A stretch of 64,000 nucleotides of DNA. It comes from Eledone cirrhosa (lineage: Eukaryota). The position numbers were made by a program, and so were the translations under genes. The notes under the pieces were generated by a model. The model saw only the letters and a program-made list of their open reading frames with translations. It was not told the origin of the DNA and did no database searches. The stretch is taken from assembly GCA_964016885.1 (NCBI GenBank), contig OZ024754.1, positions 20,460,001 to 20,524,000 of the forward strand, read 5' to 3'. Shown piece by piece: positions 58,701 through 64,000 of the stretch; position 1 is the first letter of the stretch; every line of letters begins with the position of its first letter.

Positions 58701-61700
58701 CTCCCATATTAGCCTTATTAACATAGGGACTCCCTCCAATATTACGCATGGTATTAACATAGACAGCCTCACATATTACCCTTGGTATTAACATAGACTC
58801 CCTCCCATGTTACCCTTGGTATTAACATAGACTCCCTCCCATATTAGCCTTGGTATTAACATAGGGTCTGCCTCCCATATTACACTTGGTGTTAACATAG
58901 ACTCCATCCCATATTACCCTTGGTATTAACATAGACTCCCTCCCATATTAGCCTTGGTATTAACATAGGGACTGCCTCCCATATTACCCTTGGTGTTAAC
59001 ATAGACTCCATCCCATATTACCCTTGGTATTAACATAGACTCCCTGCCATATTACCCTTGGAATTAACATAAACTCCCTCCCATATTACCCTTGGTATTA
59101 ACATAGACTCCCTCCCATATTAGCCTTGGTATTAACATTGACTCCTCCCAGATTACCCTTGGTATTAACATAGGGACTCCCTCACATATTACCCTTGGTA
59201 TTAACATAGACTCCCTCCCATATTACCCTTGGTATTAACATAGGGACTCCCTCACATATTACCCTTGGTATTAACATAGACTCCCTCCCATATTACCCTT
59301 GGTATTAACATAGGGACTCCCTCCCATATTAGCTTTGGTATTAACATAGGGACTCGCTCCCATATTAGCCTTGGTATTAACATAGACTCCCTCCCATATT
59401 ACCCTTGGTATTAACATAGACTCCCTCCCATATTACCCTTATTATTAAGATAGAGACTCCCTCCCATATTACCCTTGGTATTAACATAGACTCCCTCCCA
59501 TATTACCCTTGGTATTAACATAGACTCCCTCCCATATTACCCTTGGTATTAACATAGGGAATCCCTCCCATATTAGCCTTGGTATTAACATAGACTCCCT
59601 CCCATATTACCCTTGGTATTAACATAGACTCCCTCCCATATTACCTTTGGTATTAACATAGACTCCCTCCCATATTACCCTTGGTATTAACATAGACTCC
59701 TCCTATATTACCCTTGGTATTAACATAGACTCCCTCCCATATTAGCCTTATTAACATAGGGACTCCCTCCCACATTACCCTTGGTATAAACATAGACTAC
59801 CTCCCATATTACCCTTGGTATTAACATAGGGACTCCCTCCCATATTACCCTTGGTATTAACATAGAGACTCCCTCCCATATTAACCTTGGTATTAAAATA
59901 GAGACACCCTCTCATATTAACCTTGGTATTAACATAGACTCCCTCCCATATTACCCTTGGTATTAACATAGACTCCCTCCCATATTACCCTTGGTATTAA
60001 CATAGACTCCTCCCAGATTACCCTTGGTATTAACATAGACTCCCCCCATATTAGCCTTTGTATTAACATAGAGACTCCCTCACATATTTCCCTTGGTATT
60101 AACATAGACTCCCTCAGAATATTACCCTTGGTATTAACATAGGGACTCCCTCACATATTACCCTTGGTATTAACATAGACTCCCTCCCATATTACCCTTG
60201 GTATTAACATAGGGACTCCCTCCATATTAGCTTTGGTATTAACATAGGGGCTCCCTCCCATATTAGACTTGGTATTAACATAGACTCCCTCCCATATTAC
60301 CCTTGGTATTAACATAGGGACTCCCTCCCATATTAGACTTGGTATTAACATAGACACCCTCCCATATTACACTTGTTATTAACATAGACTCCCTCCCATA
60401 TTACCCTGGGTATTAACATAGACTCCCTCCCATATTACCCTTGGTATTAACATAGGGACGCCCTTCCATATTACCCTGGGTATTAACATAGACTCCCTCC
60501 CATATTAGCCTTATTAACATAGGGACTCCCTCCAATATTACCCTTGGTATTAACATAGACACCCTCCCATATTACCCTTGGTATTAACATAGGGACTTCC
60601 TCCCATATTAGCCTTGGTATTAACATAGACTCCCTCCCATATTAGCCTTGGTATTAACATAGGGAGTGCCTCCCATATTACCCTTGGTATTAACATAGAC
60701 TCCCTCCCATATTACCCTTGGTATTAACATAGGGACGCCCTTCCATATTACCCTGGGTATTAATATAGACTCCCTCCCATATTAGCCTTATTAACATAGG
60801 GACTCCCTCCAATATTACCCTTGGTATTAACATAGACACCCTCCCATATTACCCTTGGTATTAACATAGGGACTCCCTCCCATATTACCCTTGGTATTAA
60901 CATAGACTCCCTCCCATATTACCCTTGGTATTAACATAGACTCCCTCCCATATTAGCCTTGGTATTAACATAGGGACTGCCTCCCATATTACCCTTGGTG
61001 TTAACATAGACTCCCTCCCATATTACCCTTGGTATTAACATAGACTCCCTCCCATATTAGCCTTGGTATTAACATAGACTCCCTCCCATATTACCCTTGG
61101 TATTAACATAGACTCCCTCCCATATTAGCCTTGGTATTAACATAGACTCCCTCCCATATTACCCTTGGTATTAACATAGACTCCCTCCCATATTAACCTT
61201 GGTATTAACATAGACTCCCTCCCATATTAACCTTGGTATTAACATAGACTCCCTCCCATATTACCCTTGGTATTAACATAGACTCCCTCCCATATTAGCC
61301 TTGGTATTAACATAGACTCCCTCCCATATTAACCTTGGTATTAACATAGACTCCCTCCCATATTAACCTTGGTATTAACATAGACTCCCTCCCATATTAC
61401 CCTTGGTATTAACATAGACTCCCTCCCTTATTAGCCTTGGTATTAACATAGAGACTCCCTCCCATATTAACCTTGGTATTAACATAGAATTCCTCCCATA
61501 CTACCCTTGGTATTAACATAGACTCCCTCTCATATTACCCTTGGTATTAACATAGACTCGCTCCCATATTACCCTTGGTATTAACATAGACTCCCTCCCA
61601 TATTACCCTTGGTATTAACATAGACTTCCTCCCATATTACCCTTGGTATTAACATAGACTCCCTCCTATATTACCCTTGGTATTAACATAGACTCCCTCC

Positions 61701-64000
61701 CATATTAGCTTTATTAACATAGGGACTCCCTCCCATATTACCCTTGGTATTAACATAGACTCCCTGCCATATTACCCTTGGTATTAACATAGATCCCTCC
61801 CATATTACCTTTGGTATTAACATAGACTCCCTCCCATATTACCCTTGGTATTAATATAGACTATCTCCCATATTACCCTTGGTATTAACATAGACTCCCT
61901 CCCATATTACCCTTAGTATTAACATAGGCACTCCCTCCCATATTAACCTTGGTATTAACATAGAGACACCCTCCCATATTAACCTTGGTATTAACATAGA
62001 CTCCCTCCCATATTACCCTTGCTATTAACATAGACTTCCTCCCATATTACCCTTGGTATTAACATAGACTCCTCCCAGATTACCCTTGGTATTAACATAG
62101 ACTCTCCCCATATTAGCCTTTGTATTAACATAGAGACTCCCTCCCATATTACCCTTGGTATTAACATAGACTCCCTCCCATATTACCCTTGGTATTAACA
62201 TAGGGACTCCCTCACATATTACCCTTGGTATTAACATAGACTTCCTCCCATATTAGCCTTATTAACATAGGGACTCCCTCCAATATTACCCTTGGTATTA
62301 ACATAGACACCCTCCCATATTACCCTTGGTATTAACATAGGGACTCCCTCCCATATTACCCTTGGTATTAACATAGACTCCCTCCCATATTACCCTTGGT
62401 ATTAACATAGACTCCCTCCCATATTAGCCTTGGTATTAACATAGGGACTGCCTCCCATATTACCCTTGGTGTTAACATAGACACCCTCCCATATTACCCT
62501 TGGTATTAACATAGGGACTCCCTCCCATACTACCCTGGGTATTAACATAGACTCCCTCACATATTACCCTTGGTATTAACATAGACACCCTCCCTTATTA
62601 GCCTTGGTATTAACAGAGAGACTCCCTGCCATATTAACCTTGGTATTAACATAGAAACCCTCCCATATTATCCTTGGTATTACCATAGGGACTCCCTCCC
62701 ATATTAGCCTTGGTATTAACATAGACTCCCTCCCATATTAGACCAGGTATTAACATAGACTCCCTCCCATATTAGACTTGGTATTAACATAGACTCCCTC
62801 CCATATTACCTTTGGTATTAACATAGACTCCCTCCCATATTACCCTTGGTATTAACATAGACTCCTCCTATATTACCCTTGGTATTAACATAGACTCCCT
62901 CCCATATTAGCCTTATTAACATAGGGACTCCCTCCCACATTACCCTTGGTATAAACATAGACTACCTCCCATATTACCCTTGGTATTAACATAGGGACTC
63001 CCTCCCATATTACCCTTGGTATTAACATAGAGACTCCCTCCCATATTAACCTTGGTATTAAAATAGAGACACCCTCTCATATTAACCTTGGTATTAACAT
63101 AGACTCCCTCCCATATTACCCTTGGTATTAACATAGACTCCCTCCCATATTACCCTTGGTATTAACATAGACTCCTCCCAGATTACCCTTGGTATTAACA
63201 TAGACTCCCCCCATATTAGCCTTTGTATTAACATAGAGACTCCCTCACATATTTCCCTTGGTATTAACATAGACTCCCTCAGAATATTACCCTTGGTATT
63301 AACATAGGGACTCCCTCACATATTACCCTTGGTATTAACATAGACTCCCTCCCATATTACCCTTGGTATTAACATAGGGACTCCCTCCATATTAGCTTTG
63401 GTATTAACATAGGGGCTCCCTCCCATATTAGACTTGGTATTAACATAGACTCCCTCCCATATTACCCTTGGTATTAACATAGGGACTCCCTCCCATATTA
63501 GACTTGGTATTAACATAGACACCCTCCCATATTACACTTGTTATTAACATAGACTCCCTCCCATATTACCCTGGGTATTAACATAGACTCCCTCCCATAT
63601 TACCCTTGGTATTAACATAGGGACGCCCTTCCATATTACCCTGGGTATTAACATAGACTCCCTCCCATATTAGCCTTATTAACATAGGGACTCCCTCCAA
63701 TATTACCCTTGGTATTAACATAGACACCCTCCCATATTACCCTTGGTATTAACATAGGGACTTCCTCCCATATTAGCCTTGGTATTAACATAGACTCCCT
63801 CCCATATTAGCCTTGGTATTAACATAGGGAGTGCCTCCCATATTACCCTTGGTATTAACATAGACTCCCTCCCATATTACCCTTGGTATTAACATAGGGA
63901 CGCCCTTCCATATTACCCTGGGTATTAATATAGACTCCCTCCCATATTAGCCTTATTAACATAGGGACTCCCTCCAATATTACCCTTGGTATTAACATAG
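43790..64000. repeat. Satellite/minisatellite array, 34-bp monomer ACTCCCTCCCATATTACCCTTGGTATTAACATAG with 36-bp (+GG/+AG) and shorter variants; roughly 580 copies; continues past the window end
   Basis: Continuous head-to-tail units with no unique spacers. The copy number is estimated from array length divided by unit length. Confidence 0.99.

Noticed and set aside
43790-64000. CRISPR array or repetitive protein gene (MLIPRVIWEGVP)n
   Set aside because: Units are head-to-tail with no unique spacers, there are no cas genes, and the context is eukaryotic. The mix of 34- and 36-bp units breaks every frame quickly.

Overview
Eukaryotic, very AT-rich, repeat-dominated genomic DNA. The SINE, RTE and CR1 families and the huge (TA/TG) arrays suggest a mollusc, most likely an octopus; this is recognition by eye, not a database result. 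About half the window is simple repeat: compound (TA)n/(TATG)n arrays, plus a >20-kb 34/36-bp satellite from about 43790 to the window end that has kb-scale higher-order structure. Nearly all ORF-track entries (YIYMCV..., MLIPRVIWEG...) are artefacts of these repeats. The only host-gene sequence I can support is one minus-strand coding exon of a calpain-type cysteine protease (38986-39432, ending at a GTAAGT donor); I found no further calpain exons. The rest is transposon-derived: RTE-clade and CR1/L2-clade LINE fragments (one with an uninterrupted RT frame), tRNA-type SINEs (several with TSDs), a non-autonomous Helitron with an internal end-duplication, Penelope-like remnants, LTR-like termini and palindromic foldback elements. 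A 200-N scaffold gap lies at 36190-36389. I see no CRISPR array or prokaryote-type system. The best leads are two candidate retroelement ribozymes (HDV-like and hammerhead-like), the Helitron end-bypass structure, microsatellite-armed palindromes, a minisatellite born inside a LINE endonuclease remnant, and the satellite's higher-order organisation.
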